From NCBI GenBank assembly GCA_949531795.1, contig CATIQX010000043.1, positions 1 to 38,467 of the forward strand: a DNA stretch of 38,467 bases. Direction: 5' to 3'. This document shows positions 8,806 to 16,465 of this stretch, piece by piece. Numbering within the stretch: the first letter of the stretch is position 1; every line of letters starts with the position of its first letter. The notes under the pieces were generated by a model, which searched no databases, was not told the DNA's origin, and was given only the letters and a program-made list of their open reading frames with translations. The DNA is from Cryomorphaceae bacterium (GTDB taxonomy: Bacteria; Bacteroidota; Bacteroidia; Flavobacteriales; BACL11). The translations under genes were made by a program, and so were the position numbers.

Positions 8806-8895
8806 ATGTCAGGAGCTAAGAAAAAGAAAAGATTGAAAATTGCTACTCACAAACGCAAGAAGCGTTCAAGAAAAAATAGACATAAAACTAAATAG
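8806..8895 (+). CDS. 29-aa highly basic peptide, candidate small ribosomal protein (bS22 / AURKAIP1-COX24-like)
   Basis: Not in the ORF track because it is too short. ATG at 8806 to TAG at 8893-8895 encodes MSGAKKKKRLKIATHKRKKRSRKNRHKTK, of which 18 of 29 residues are K/R/H. The KR.K(I/M)..HK..KR.RK pattern resembles bS22 from memory. It sits between HU and rng on the same strand, with A-rich sequence before the ATG. Confidence 0.5.
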   Translation: MSGAKKKKRLKIATHKRKKRSRKNRHKTK

Positions 8896-8932
8896 ATTTT
8901 AGTTTTACACTAGTTTCTTAAACATAAAAGTC

Positions 8933-10468
8933 ATGAAATACGATCTAATTATCGATTCAAGGCCTTCTGAAGTAGTGATTGCCCTTTTACGTGATGGACT
9001 TCTAATAGAACTTCATAAACAAAAGCACGATAACAATTTTTCAGTTGGAGATATTTATCTAGGAAAAGTCAGAAAGACTGTTCCTGGACTGAATGCCTCG
9101 TTTGTAAATATAGGCTATGAAAAAGACGGTTTTTTACACTACCTTGATTTAGGACCACAATTTAATTCTTTCAAAAACTTCACTCGAAAAGCAATTGATA
9201 AGAAATTAAATACTGCCTCCCTAAAAAACTTTAAGAAAGAAACTAACCTTGAGAAAGATGGAAAGATAAATGATGCTTTAAAAGGTGGTGATTTAATACT
9301 TACACAAATCTCAAAAGAACCAATATCAACTAAAGGCCCCAGGCTAACTACTGAGATTTCACTTGCTGGAAGATACATGGTTTTAATGCCTTTTTCTGAT
9401 CGAGTCTCTATTTCACAAAAGATTGCAGATCCTGAAGAAAAAGCAAGATTAAAAAAATTAATCAGAAGCATAAAACCCCATGGATTTGGAGTAATTATCC
9501 GCACAGTTGCTACTGGTAAAAAAGTAGCAGAATTAGATAGAGATTTAAAAAATCTATATAAAAAATGGCAGATTATAAGCAAGAAACTAAAAGATGCACA
9601 ACCTAACACCAAAATATTAGGAGAACTTAATAGATCAGAAGCAATACTAAGAGATTTACTAAGTTCAAAATTCAATAATATTCATGTAAACAGTACTGAA
9701 GTTCAGGAAGAGTTAAAAGAATATCTTTCTCGAATTTCTCCTGAACAAGAAAAGATTGTCTTATTACACAAAAAAGAAACTCCAATCTTTCAAGAATTTA
9801 ATGTCACCAAACAAATAAAAGGTGCATTTGGAAAAAATGTAACTATGAAAAAAGGAGTTTACCTTGTAATAGAACATACAGAAGCACTTCATGTAATTGA
9901 TGTTAATAGTGGTAAAAAAGTTGACTCAAATAAAGATCAAGAAGCAAACGCTTTATCCGTAAACTTAGAAGCTGCAGAAGAAGTAGCAAGACAATTACGC
10001 CTTAGAGATATGGGAGGCATTATTGTTGTTGATTTCATTGATATGAAAAAAGAGAAGAACAGGAATCTCTTGACAGAAAAAATGAAGGAAGCAATGAGCA
10101 CTGATAAAGCAAAACATAATATTTTACCTCCTACTCGTTTTGGTTTAGTACAAATAACAAGACAGAGAGTTCGCCCTGAAATGAATATTGATACTCAAGA
10201 AAATTGCCCAATGTGCTCAGGTAACGGGAAAATTGATTCTAGTTTATTACTAATTGATCAGATTGAAAATAAACTTCACAGTTTAACTGAATCTCATAAA
10301 GGTAACATACACATTTCAACACACCCTTTTGTAGCAAGTTACATAAATAAAAAGGAAGGCTGGTTTTCTACTTCCATAACTAAGCAATGGAGCAACAAGT
10401 TTGGAAGGAAGATAGATATTACTGCTGATGAGCGTTTACACTTACTACAATACAGCGTAATAAAATAA
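8933..10468 (+). CDS. rng: Ribonuclease G/E-family endoribonuclease (Rne/Rng)
   Basis: Has an S1 domain (GDIYLGKVRKTVPGLNASFVNIG), the catalytic region (ALHVIDVNSGK...GGIIVVDFIDM) and the Zn-link CPMCSGNG. The 511-aa length fits. Confidence 0.9.
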   Translation: MKYDLIIDSRPSEVVIALLRDGLLIELHKQKHDNNFSVGDIYLGKVRKTVPGLNASFVNIGYEKDGFLHYLDLGPQFNSFKNFTRKAIDKKLNTASLKNFKKETNLEKDGKINDALKGGDLILTQISKEPISTKGPRLTTEISLAGRYMVLMPFSDRVSISQKIADPEEKARLKKLIRSIKPHGFGVIIRTVATGKKVAELDRDLKNLYKKWQIISKKLKDAQPNTKILGELNRSEAILRDLLSSKFNNIHVNSTEVQEELKEYLSRISPEQEKIVLLHKKETPIFQEFNVTKQIKGAFGKNVTMKKGVYLVIEHTEALHVIDVNSGKKVDSNKDQEANALSVNLEAAEEVARQLRLRDMGGIIVVDFIDMKKEKNRNLLTEKMKEAMSTDKAKHNILPPTRFGLVQITRQRVRPEMNIDTQENCPMCSGNGKIDSSLLLIDQIENKLHSLTESHKGNIHISTHPFVASYINKKEGWFSTSITKQWSNKFGRKIDITADERLHLLQYSVIK

Positions 10469-10469
10469 T

Positions 10470-11744
10470 TTAATTTTTTTCAGCTGTTATAATTCGCTTA
10501 TACCAATACAATAAAGGAATAAGCGTCAGAAACATTAATAGTACACCTATAAAATACCCATACCTGATATTATCATCAGTATTAAAAAAAGGAAGAGTAA
10601 AAGCACCTATCATCAACATCCTCACCATAATATTTAAAGAACTGAAAACAGAATTAGCTCTACCTATTAGGTTATTAGGCACATGATTAAAAAGAAAAGT
10701 GGTTCTCAAAATTCTCACTCCTGAATTAGCAATACCAAGCGTCAAATTTCCTAAAAAGAAAACCCAAAGCACATTGTAAATTGCCATAGCGTAAAAAGCA
10801 ACCGAAACAATAATCAGTAGTAAAATAATAGAGGTCACAGTAGTTAGTTTATTAAATACTCTTAAGACCAATACCCCGGAAAGTATAGCTCCAATAGAAT
10901 AATAAATTTCGGCGGAAGCATACACATTACCATCCATTTTTAAAAACTGATGTACATATGATGGAAGCAAAACATGTACCTCAACTAAAGTAAAGGCGAA
11001 AAGCATATATGAAAGGAAACCAAAGATAAAAATGATAGGATTTTCTTTCAAATATACCACCCCTCCTTTAAGGCGAAAAAACAAAGCTCCCTTATGAACT
11101 AAATCTTTAGCAATTGGCTTGTATTTAATCATCATGAAAATAAAAATTACAAAAACATAAGTAATAGCATCCATAAGAAAAATTTCATAAATATCCCATG
11201 CCATAATATCAAATGGAAGAACAAAACTAAATCCTGCAATTTCTAAAACATTATTTTGAGTTCCAGTAAGCAATAAGGCAGCAAAAGCACCTGCTAAAAC
11301 TGAAGTAGTTTGTCCCTGCACTTCAATATAGGAGTTTAATTTTCCATAATTTTTTGATTCTGTAATCTCCTGTCCAAAAGCATACAAATTAGGATAATGT
11401 ATATTGTAATTAAAAATAGTAACACCAAAAACTAGAATAACAAAAAAATCTGCTAAATAAGACATATGAAAACCATACAAAGCAATACTTCCAATAATTA
11501 AACCACACACTGCATTAATAATAATAAAAAGTTTTTTTCTAGAATATCTGTCAATTAAAGTACCCGCATACAAGCCCCAAAACAAAGTAAGGAAGGTAAT
11601 TATAACATAGGAGGAGGTGAAAAATTCAGGGCGATCAACTACCTTAACGAAATACCAAGGAATAGCAACCATACTAATTCCCTGAGCTAACCCAGAAATA
11701 ATATTTGCTAAGAATAAAAGAGTAATTGCCTGTTTGTTTTGCAT
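10470..11744 (-). CDS. MFS transporter
   Basis: About 12 TM helices and the MFS loop motif GTLIDRYSRKK. I chose the start at M18 (ATG 11744) because a TACTTTTG -7 box at 11750-11757 lies inside the longer ORF-track version (to 11795). Confidence 0.8.
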   Translation of the reverse strand: MQNKQAITLLFLANIISGLAQGISMVAIPWYFVKVVDRPEFFTSSYVIITFLTLFWGLYAGTLIDRYSRKKLFIIINAVCGLIIGSIALYGFHMSYLADFFVILVFGVTIFNYNIHYPNLYAFGQEITESKNYGKLNSYIEVQGQTTSVLAGAFAALLLTGTQNNVLEIAGFSFVLPFDIMAWDIYEIFLMDAITYVFVIFIFMMIKYKPIAKDLVHKGALFFRLKGGVVYLKENPIIFIFGFLSYMLFAFTLVEVHVLLPSYVHQFLKMDGNVYASAEIYYSIGAILSGVLVLRVFNKLTTVTSIILLLIIVSVAFYAMAIYNVLWVFFLGNLTLGIANSGVRILRTTFLFNHVPNNLIGRANSVFSSLNIMVRMLMIGAFTLPFFNTDDNIRYGYFIGVLLMFLTLIPLLYWYKRIITAEKN

Positions 11745-11749
11745 GGACA

Positions 11750-11757
11750 CAAAAGTA
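11750..11757 (-). promoter_or_regulatory. -7 box (TACTTTTG) 5 nt upstream of the MFS ATG (predicted leaderless)
   Basis: The minus strand reads TACTTTTGtgtccATG. Confidence 0.45.
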
Positions 11758-11777
11758 ATATTTATAATCATATTTAA

Positions 11778-11785
11778 TACCTTTG
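11778..11785 (+). promoter_or_regulatory. -7 box (TACCTTTG) 4 nt upstream of the recX ATG (predicted leaderless)
   Basis: The sequence is TACCTTTGaaaaATG. Confidence 0.45.
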
Positions 11786-11789
11786 AAAA

Positions 11790-12266
11790 ATGCACAATAA
11801 AAAAGTTTATGACGTCAGTATTGCTGTTGAGCGCATCAAAAATTATTGTGCTTTACAAGATAGGTGCCAGTGGGACGTGTTACAAAAACTAAGGGAATGG
11901 GGACTACAACAAGCAACAAAAGACTACATTCTAGAAATATTAATTACTGATAAGTTTATTGACGAAGAACGGTTTGCGACTTCCTTTTGCAGAGGAAAGT
12001 TCAGGATAAAAAATTGGGGAAGACGTAAAATAATTAATGAACTAAAAAGAAAACAGATTTCAATTATCTGTATAAATACAGGACTAAAAGAAATTAATAA
12101 AAAGGAATATGACCTTGTACTTGAAAAATTATTTTTTCAGAAAGAAAGTAGTACCAAAGACAAAAATCAATTTATCAGAAAAACAAAAATTGCAAACTTT
12201 TTGATACAGAGAGGATTTGAAAATAATTTGGTGTGGGATAAAATAAGAGAATTAAGCGATAAATAA
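11790..12266 (+). CDS. recX: RecX-family regulatory protein
   Basis: At 158 aa it has RecX-like helical repeats (YCALQDRCQWDVLQKLREWGL...IDEERFATSFCRGKFRIKNWGRRKIINELKRK). Confidence 0.8.
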   Translation: MHNKKVYDVSIAVERIKNYCALQDRCQWDVLQKLREWGLQQATKDYILEILITDKFIDEERFATSFCRGKFRIKNWGRRKIINELKRKQISIICINTGLKEINKKEYDLVLEKLFFQKESSTKDKNQFIRKTKIANFLIQRGFENNLVWDKIRELSDK

Positions 12267-12267
12267 T

Positions 12268-12275
12268 TACTTTTG
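12268..12275 (+). promoter_or_regulatory. -7 box (TACTTTTG) 4 nt upstream of the prfB ATG (predicted leaderless)
   Basis: The sequence is TACTTTTGacaaATG, and the box starts 2 nt after the recX stop. Confidence 0.45.
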
Positions 12276-12279
12276 ACAA

Positions 12280-13356
12280 ATGGTTGGCCAAGAAAAAATA
12301 AAATCACTAAGTACAAGAAAAGATGAACTTTATAAGTTCATTAATATAGCTGAGAAACAAAAAGAAGCAAATACTCTTACCTTACTTTCTCAAGAAAATA
12401 ATTTTTGGGACAACCCTAAAAAAGCACAAATCATACTCAAGAAGCTAAGTATACTTAAAAACTGGCTAAAATCATATAATTCAGTAGTTACAAATATAGA
12501 TGAACTTTCAGTTTTAATTGAACTTGAAGCTGAAGAAGAAGAACTTGAAACACAACTACAAAAAACAAGATCAATAGTTGAAGAATTAGAGTTTAAAAAT
12601 ATGTTAAGTGCTGAAGAAGATAGTATGTCGGCAGTAATAACTATTAATCCAGGAGCAGGAGGAACAGAAGGACAAGATTGGGCAGAAATGTTAATGCGAA
12701 TGTATCTAATGTGGGGAGAGAAAAACAAGTACAAATTAAAAACTCTTGACCTACAAAAAGCAGAGCCAGTAGGAATAAAATCAGTTACCATTGAAATAGA
12801 AGGCGACTTTGCTTTTGGACACTTAAAAGGAGAAAATGGTGTCCATAGGTTGGTTAGAATTTCACCATTTGATTCTAATGCAAAACGACACACTACTTTT
12901 GCATCAGTATTTGTTTATCCACTTGCAGATGATAGTATTGAGGTGATAATTGATCCGTCAGAGATAAGTTGGGATACTTTTAGAGCAAGTGGTGCAGGAG
13001 GACAAGGAGTTAACAAAACTGAATCTGCTGTTCGCTTAAAACATAATCCGTCAGGAATTACAATAGAAAATTCAGAATCTAGATCTCAGTTAGAAAATAA
13101 AGCAAAAGCGGTACAGCTGCTAAAATCTCAACTTTATGAATTAGAGATACGAAAGAAACAAGAAGAAAAGAGTAAACTGGAGGGATCAAAAAAGAAGATT
13201 GAGTGGGGATCTCAAATAAGAAGTTATGTTTTGCATCCATATAAAATGGTAAAAGATTTACGTACCAGCTATGAATCTTCTAATCCTGAAAAAGTATTAG
13301 ATGGCGACTTGAATGCATTTATAAAAGCATATTTAATGGAATTTGGACAGAAATAA
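12280..13356 (+). CDS. prfB: Peptide chain release factor 2, single uninterrupted frame
   Basis: Has the RF2-specific SPF motif (RISPFDSNAKRHT) and the GGQ motif (RASGAGGQGVNKTESAVR). The N-terminal region aligns through the position where other bacteria carry the CTT TGA C shift site. Confidence 0.95.
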   Translation: MVGQEKIKSLSTRKDELYKFINIAEKQKEANTLTLLSQENNFWDNPKKAQIILKKLSILKNWLKSYNSVVTNIDELSVLIELEAEEEELETQLQKTRSIVEELEFKNMLSAEEDSMSAVITINPGAGGTEGQDWAEMLMRMYLMWGEKNKYKLKTLDLQKAEPVGIKSVTIEIEGDFAFGHLKGENGVHRLVRISPFDSNAKRHTTFASVFVYPLADDSIEVIIDPSEISWDTFRASGAGGQGVNKTESAVRLKHNPSGITIENSESRSQLENKAKAVQLLKSQLYELEIRKKQEEKSKLEGSKKKIEWGSQIRSYVLHPYKMVKDLRTSYESSNPEKVLDGDLNAFIKAYLMEFGQK

Positions 13357-13703
13357 TGAGTATAAAAATATACCATAATCCAACATGCAGCAAAAGCATA
13401 CAAACACTTGCTCTTCTTGAAAAAGAAACAACGGATTTCAAAATAATTGAATATTTAAAAAATCCATTAAGTTTTGATGAAATAAAGGAAGTTGTAAAAA
13501 AATTAGCAATTAAGCCAATTGACTTAATACGTAAAAATGAGAAAATATGGAGAAATAATTACAAAGGAAAAGAAATGAGTGATATTGAAATTATTAAAGC
13601 AATGGAAAGGAATCCTAAATTAATTGAACGACCAATTGTTATAAAAGATAAACACGGTATTATAGGAAGAGTACCTGAAAAGGTGCTAAGCTTATTTGAT
13701 TAA
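13356..13703 (+). CDS. arsC: Arsenate reductase, glutaredoxin-coupled ArsC family
   Basis: IYHNPTCSKS contains the catalytic Cys. YLKNPLS..., LIRKNE, IERPIVI and GRVPEKVL align with E. coli R773 ArsC, including the Arg triad positions. The ATG overlaps the prfB stop (TAATG). Confidence 0.8.
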   Translation: MSIKIYHNPTCSKSIQTLALLEKETTDFKIIEYLKNPLSFDEIKEVVKKLAIKPIDLIRKNEKIWRNNYKGKEMSDIEIIKAMERNPKLIERPIVIKDKHGIIGRVPEKVLSLFD

Positions 13704-13849
13704 GAAGGTATTTGATCTTCTTCAAGCTTCCCTTCTTTTAACCAAACAAAAATAAAGTAAGGAATAACACTAGCAAGAAAAATAATACACCAAAAAGCCA
13801 TTAAGAAAATAAATACAAATAATAAAAAGCCTAGAAATTTCATAATCAT
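13700..13849 (-). CDS. Hypothetical 49-aa small membrane peptide
   Basis: Not in the ORF track. It encodes MIMKFLGFLLFVFIFLMAFWCIIFLASVIPYFIFVWLKEGKLEEDQIPS, which looks like one or two TM segments plus an acidic tail. It fills an otherwise empty 198-nt gap, but no exact -7 box is seen. Confidence 0.3.
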   Translation of the reverse strand: MIMKFLGFLLFVFIFLMAFWCIIFLASVIPYFIFVWLKEGKLEEDQIPS

Positions 13850-13901
13850 TAATTTTACAGCAAATTAACAATAACAAAAAAGAATATCAAAATATTTTAA
13901 G

Positions 13902-15296
13902 ATGAAATATAGAATAGAAAAAGATACAATGGGAAACGTTAAGGTTCCGTATGATAAATACTGGGGGGCCCAAACAGAGAGAAGCAGAAATAACTTTAAA
14001 ATTGGTACTTCCGGAAGTATGCCTTTAGAATTAGTTTATGGTTTCGCGTACCTTAAAAAAGCAGCCGCGCATACCAATTGTGAACTAGGTTTTCTTTCTG
14101 AAAATAAAAGAGATTTAATCTCAATAGTCTGTGACGAAATATTGGATGGAAAACATGATAACCAATTTCCTTTAGTAATTTGGCAAACAGGAAGTGGTAC
14201 ACAAAGCAATATGAATGCTAATGAGGTAATTGCTAATCGTGCTCATGTTATAAATGGAGGGGCTTTGGAGGATGAAAACAAGGTAATTCACCCAAATGAT
14301 GATGTCAATAAATCACAAAGCTCAAACGATACTTTTCCAACAGGAATGCATATTGCAGCTTATAAAGTTATTGTTGAAAATACAATACCTGCAATAAAGC
14401 AATTGCGCGATACTTTAGAAGCAAAATCAGTAGCTTTTAACAGAGTAGTTAAAATAGGGAGAACTCATTTAATGGATGCCACTCCACTTACTTTGGGGCA
14501 AGAATTCTCTGGGTATGTTTCACAATTAAATCATGGACTAAAGGCATTGGATAATACTTTAGATCACTTATCAGAAATTGCTTTAGGAGGGACTGCTGTA
14601 GGGACAGGAATTAATACTCCTGATGGATATTCTGATCTAGTAGCACAATATATAGCTGATTTCACAGAATTACCGTTTATAAGTGCTGAAAATAAATTTG
14701 AAGCTTTAGCTGCTCATGACGCAATAGTTGAGAGTCATGGCGCCTTAAAGCAATTAGCAGTTTCAATAAATAAAATAGCTAATGATATCAGAATGTTAGC
14801 TTCAGGACCAAGAAGTGGAATAGGTGAAATTATCATTCCATCTAATGAACCAGGTTCATCTATTATGCCTGGAAAAGTAAACCCTACTCAATGTGAGGCT
14901 ATTACTATGGTATGCGCACAAGTAATGGGGAATGATGTAGCTATAACAGTTGGAGGAATGCAAGGACATTATGAGTTAAATGTATTCAAACCGCTAATGG
15001 CTGCCAACTTTTTACAATCAGCTCGTTTAATTGGAGATGCTTGTATTTCATTTGATAAAAATTGTGCTCAAGGCATTGAACCAAATTACGAAAACCTTAA
15101 AAAGAATTTAAATAACTCACTAATGTTAGTTACTGCATTAAACACTAAGATTGGGTATGAAAAATCAGCTAAGATTGCAAAAAATGCTCATCAAAATGGG
15201 ACAACTTTAAAAGAAGAAAGCATTAATTTAGGTTACCTAACTTCAGAAGAATTTGACGAATGGGTATGTCCTGAAAACATGTGTGGAGGTTTATAA
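13902..15296 (+). CDS. fumC: Class II fumarate hydratase
   Basis: Carries the [15 protein letters not shown] signature and [11 protein letters not shown]...YWGAQTERS, and is 464 aa. Confidence 0.95.
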   Translation: MKYRIEKDTMGNVKVPYDKYWGAQTERSRNNFKIGTSGSMPLELVYGFAYLKKAAAHTNCELGFLSENKRDLISIVCDEILDGKHDNQFPLVIWQTGSGTQSNMNANEVIANRAHVINGGALEDENKVIHPNDDVNKSQSSNDTFPTGMHIAAYKVIVENTIPAIKQLRDTLEAKSVAFNRVVKIGRTHLMDATPLTLGQEFSGYVSQLNHGLKALDNTLDHLSEIALGGTAVGTGINTPDGYSDLVAQYIADFTELPFISAENKFEALAAHDAIVESHGALKQLAVSINKIANDIRMLASGPRSGIGEIIIPSNEPGSSIMPGKVNPTQCEAITMVCAQVMGNDVAITVGGMQGHYELNVFKPLMAANFLQSARLIGDACISFDKNCAQGIEPNYENLKKNLNNSLMLVTALNTKIGYEKSAKIAKNAHQNGTTLKEESINLGYLTSEEFDEWVCPENMCGGL

Positions 15297-15317
15297 ATTA
15301 TGTATTAGATAGATATT

Positions 15318-15349
15318 AAAAAAGCCAAACATTAATGTTTGGCTTTTTT
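15318..15349. terminator. Bidirectional rho-independent terminator between convergent fumC and tonB
   Basis: A perfect palindrome, AAAAAGCCAAACAT-TA-ATGTTTGGCTTTTT, flanked by A and T runs on both sides. Confidence 0.75.
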
Positions 15350-15364
15350 AATATTATGATGTTC

Positions 15365-16033
15365 CTAATTCAAAGTAAAATTAATAGGAATTGTATGCAG
15401 CACATTTACTGATTTACCTCTTTGCTTACCTGAAGTATACCATGGAGACATTAGCTTTACAACTCTTATAGCTTCAGCATCCAAATTTTTATCAACACCT
15501 CTAACCACCTTAACATTAATCACTTTCCCAGATTTATCCACAACGTAACTAACATAAACTTTTCCTGTTATATTATATTCTTTAGCAATAGCAGGGTAAT
15601 TTACTTTCTCATTAATAAATTTAAAAATAGCTTCAGCTCCTTTTTTCTTCTTGTATGTAAATTCTGGCATTTTTTCAACAACCATAAATACTTCTTCATC
15701 ATCTTCTTCAATAATTTCAATCACTTCATCTTCATCAGACTCAGTATCTTCAATCTCAATCTCATCCTCAATTATCACATCATCCTCAACAATTTCAATT
15801 ATTTCTGGCGGAGGAGGCGGAGGAGGCGGAGGCTTTACTTCCTGCTTAGTAATTGGAATAATTTCTTCTTCTAAATCATCAAGGCTTAAAGCTCCTAAAT
15901 TATAGGCAATTTTCTCATATGTTTTATACTCAAAAGCACCAAGTACTACTAACAACGCGATGATTAAACCTATCTGTAAAAACAAGCCTCTTTTCCTTTC
16001 TAAATTTACTTCTGGATTCTTTTTTGGTTCCAT
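15365..16033 (-). CDS. tonB: TonB-family energy transducer
   Basis: Has an N-terminal TM anchor, a Pro-rich spacer (KPPPPPPPPPE) followed by an acidic run, and a C-terminal TonB domain (YPAIAKEYNITGKVYVSYVVDKSGKV...IPINFTL). Confidence 0.85.
   Translation of the reverse strand: MEPKKNPEVNLERKRGLFLQIGLIIALLVVLGAFEYKTYEKIAYNLGALSLDDLEEEIIPITKQEVKPPPPPPPPPEIIEIVEDDVIIEDEIEIEDTESDEDEVIEIIEEDDEEVFMVVEKMPEFTYKKKKGAEAIFKFINEKVNYPAIAKEYNITGKVYVSYVVDKSGKVINVKVVRGVDKNLDAEAIRVVKLMSPWYTSGKQRGKSVNVLHTIPINFTLN
15807..15832. repeat. 9-nt GC-rich tandem repeat (GGCGGAGGA x ~2.9) inside tonB
   Basis: Read directly from the sequence as ggcggagga ggcggagga ggcggagg. It encodes the poly-Pro linker on the minus strand, and the unit is in frame. 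Confidence 0.8.
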
Positions 16034-16043
16034 AATATATATT

Positions 16044-16421
16044 TTATCCTACTAATTCCTCATATGCTGAAGCGTCAAGTAGCTCATCTAATTCTGTAAC
16101 ATCTGAAATAGCAATTTTAATAACCCAACCTTCCCCGTAAGGATCTGTATTGATTAATTCTGGATCATCCTCTAACTTTTCATTAAACGATAAAACTTCT
16201 CCATTTATTGGCATAAATAGGTCAGAAACTGTTTTAACAGCCTCTATTGATCCAAAAACCTCCTCTTTTTCGAGCTGTTCTCCTTCAGTATCTACATCAA
16301 CAAAAACAATATCTCCTAGCTCCCCTTGAGCAAATTCTGTAATACCAATATAAGCATTACTTCCTTCAACTCTCAACCATTCATGGTCCTTACTATATTT
16401 TAATTCTTTTGGAAATTCCAT
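16044..16421 (-). CDS. gcvH: Glycine cleavage system H protein
   Basis: [12 protein letters not shown]...[19 protein letters not shown]...[16 protein letters not shown] contains the lipoyl-Lys motif EAVK. The protein is 125 aa. Confidence 0.95.
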   Translation of the reverse strand: MEFPKELKYSKDHEWLRVEGSNAYIGITEFAQGELGDIVFVDVDTEGEQLEKEEVFGSIEAVKTVSDLFMPINGEVLSFNEKLEDDPELINTDPYGEGWVIKIAISDVTELDELLDASAYEELVG

Positions 16422-16434
16422 TTATTTTTTTTTT

Positions 16435-16442
16435 CAAAAATA
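16435..16442 (-). promoter_or_regulatory. -7 box (TATTTTTG) upstream of gcvH
   Basis: Exact TAnnTTTG on the minus strand, 13 nt (mostly an A-run) before the gcvH ATG, in the 44-nt gap after sprA. Confidence 0.4.
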
Positions 16443-16465
16443 CATTTTTTTGTTGGCAAATAAAA

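Noticed and set aside
9139-9675. 178-aa antisense ORF inside rng, with similar antisense ORFs at 7061-7261, 12390-12893, 15651-15905, 23709-23921, 23935-24282, 24617-24811, 25772-25993, 25987-26190, 31511-31750, 32232-32627, 33058-33249 and 36061-36378
   Set aside because: All are embedded opposite genes with strong family signatures. They have Ser/Phe/Ile-rich low-complexity translations and no promoter box or recognisable domain. They are typical shadow ORFs and are not evidence for overlapping genes.
10470-11795. Longer N-terminal versions of the MFS gene (to 11795), ruvB (to 35507) and the T9SS cargo gene (to 27341)
   Set aside because: In each case an exact TAnnTTTG box lies inside the extension. 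The downstream ATG also gives a more canonical N-terminus: MQNKQ... leading into TM1, MSENLNPEH..., and the signal peptide MRKIILYIL.... The MFS extension would also overlap the recX start.
12269-12277. ACTTTTGAC just upstream of prfB, reminiscent of the RF2 frameshift site CTTTGAC
   Set aside because: It has an extra T and lies upstream of the ATG, directly after the recX stop. It is better explained as the TACTTTTG -7 box. The full RF2 N-terminus is already in the main frame, so no ORF0 is needed.
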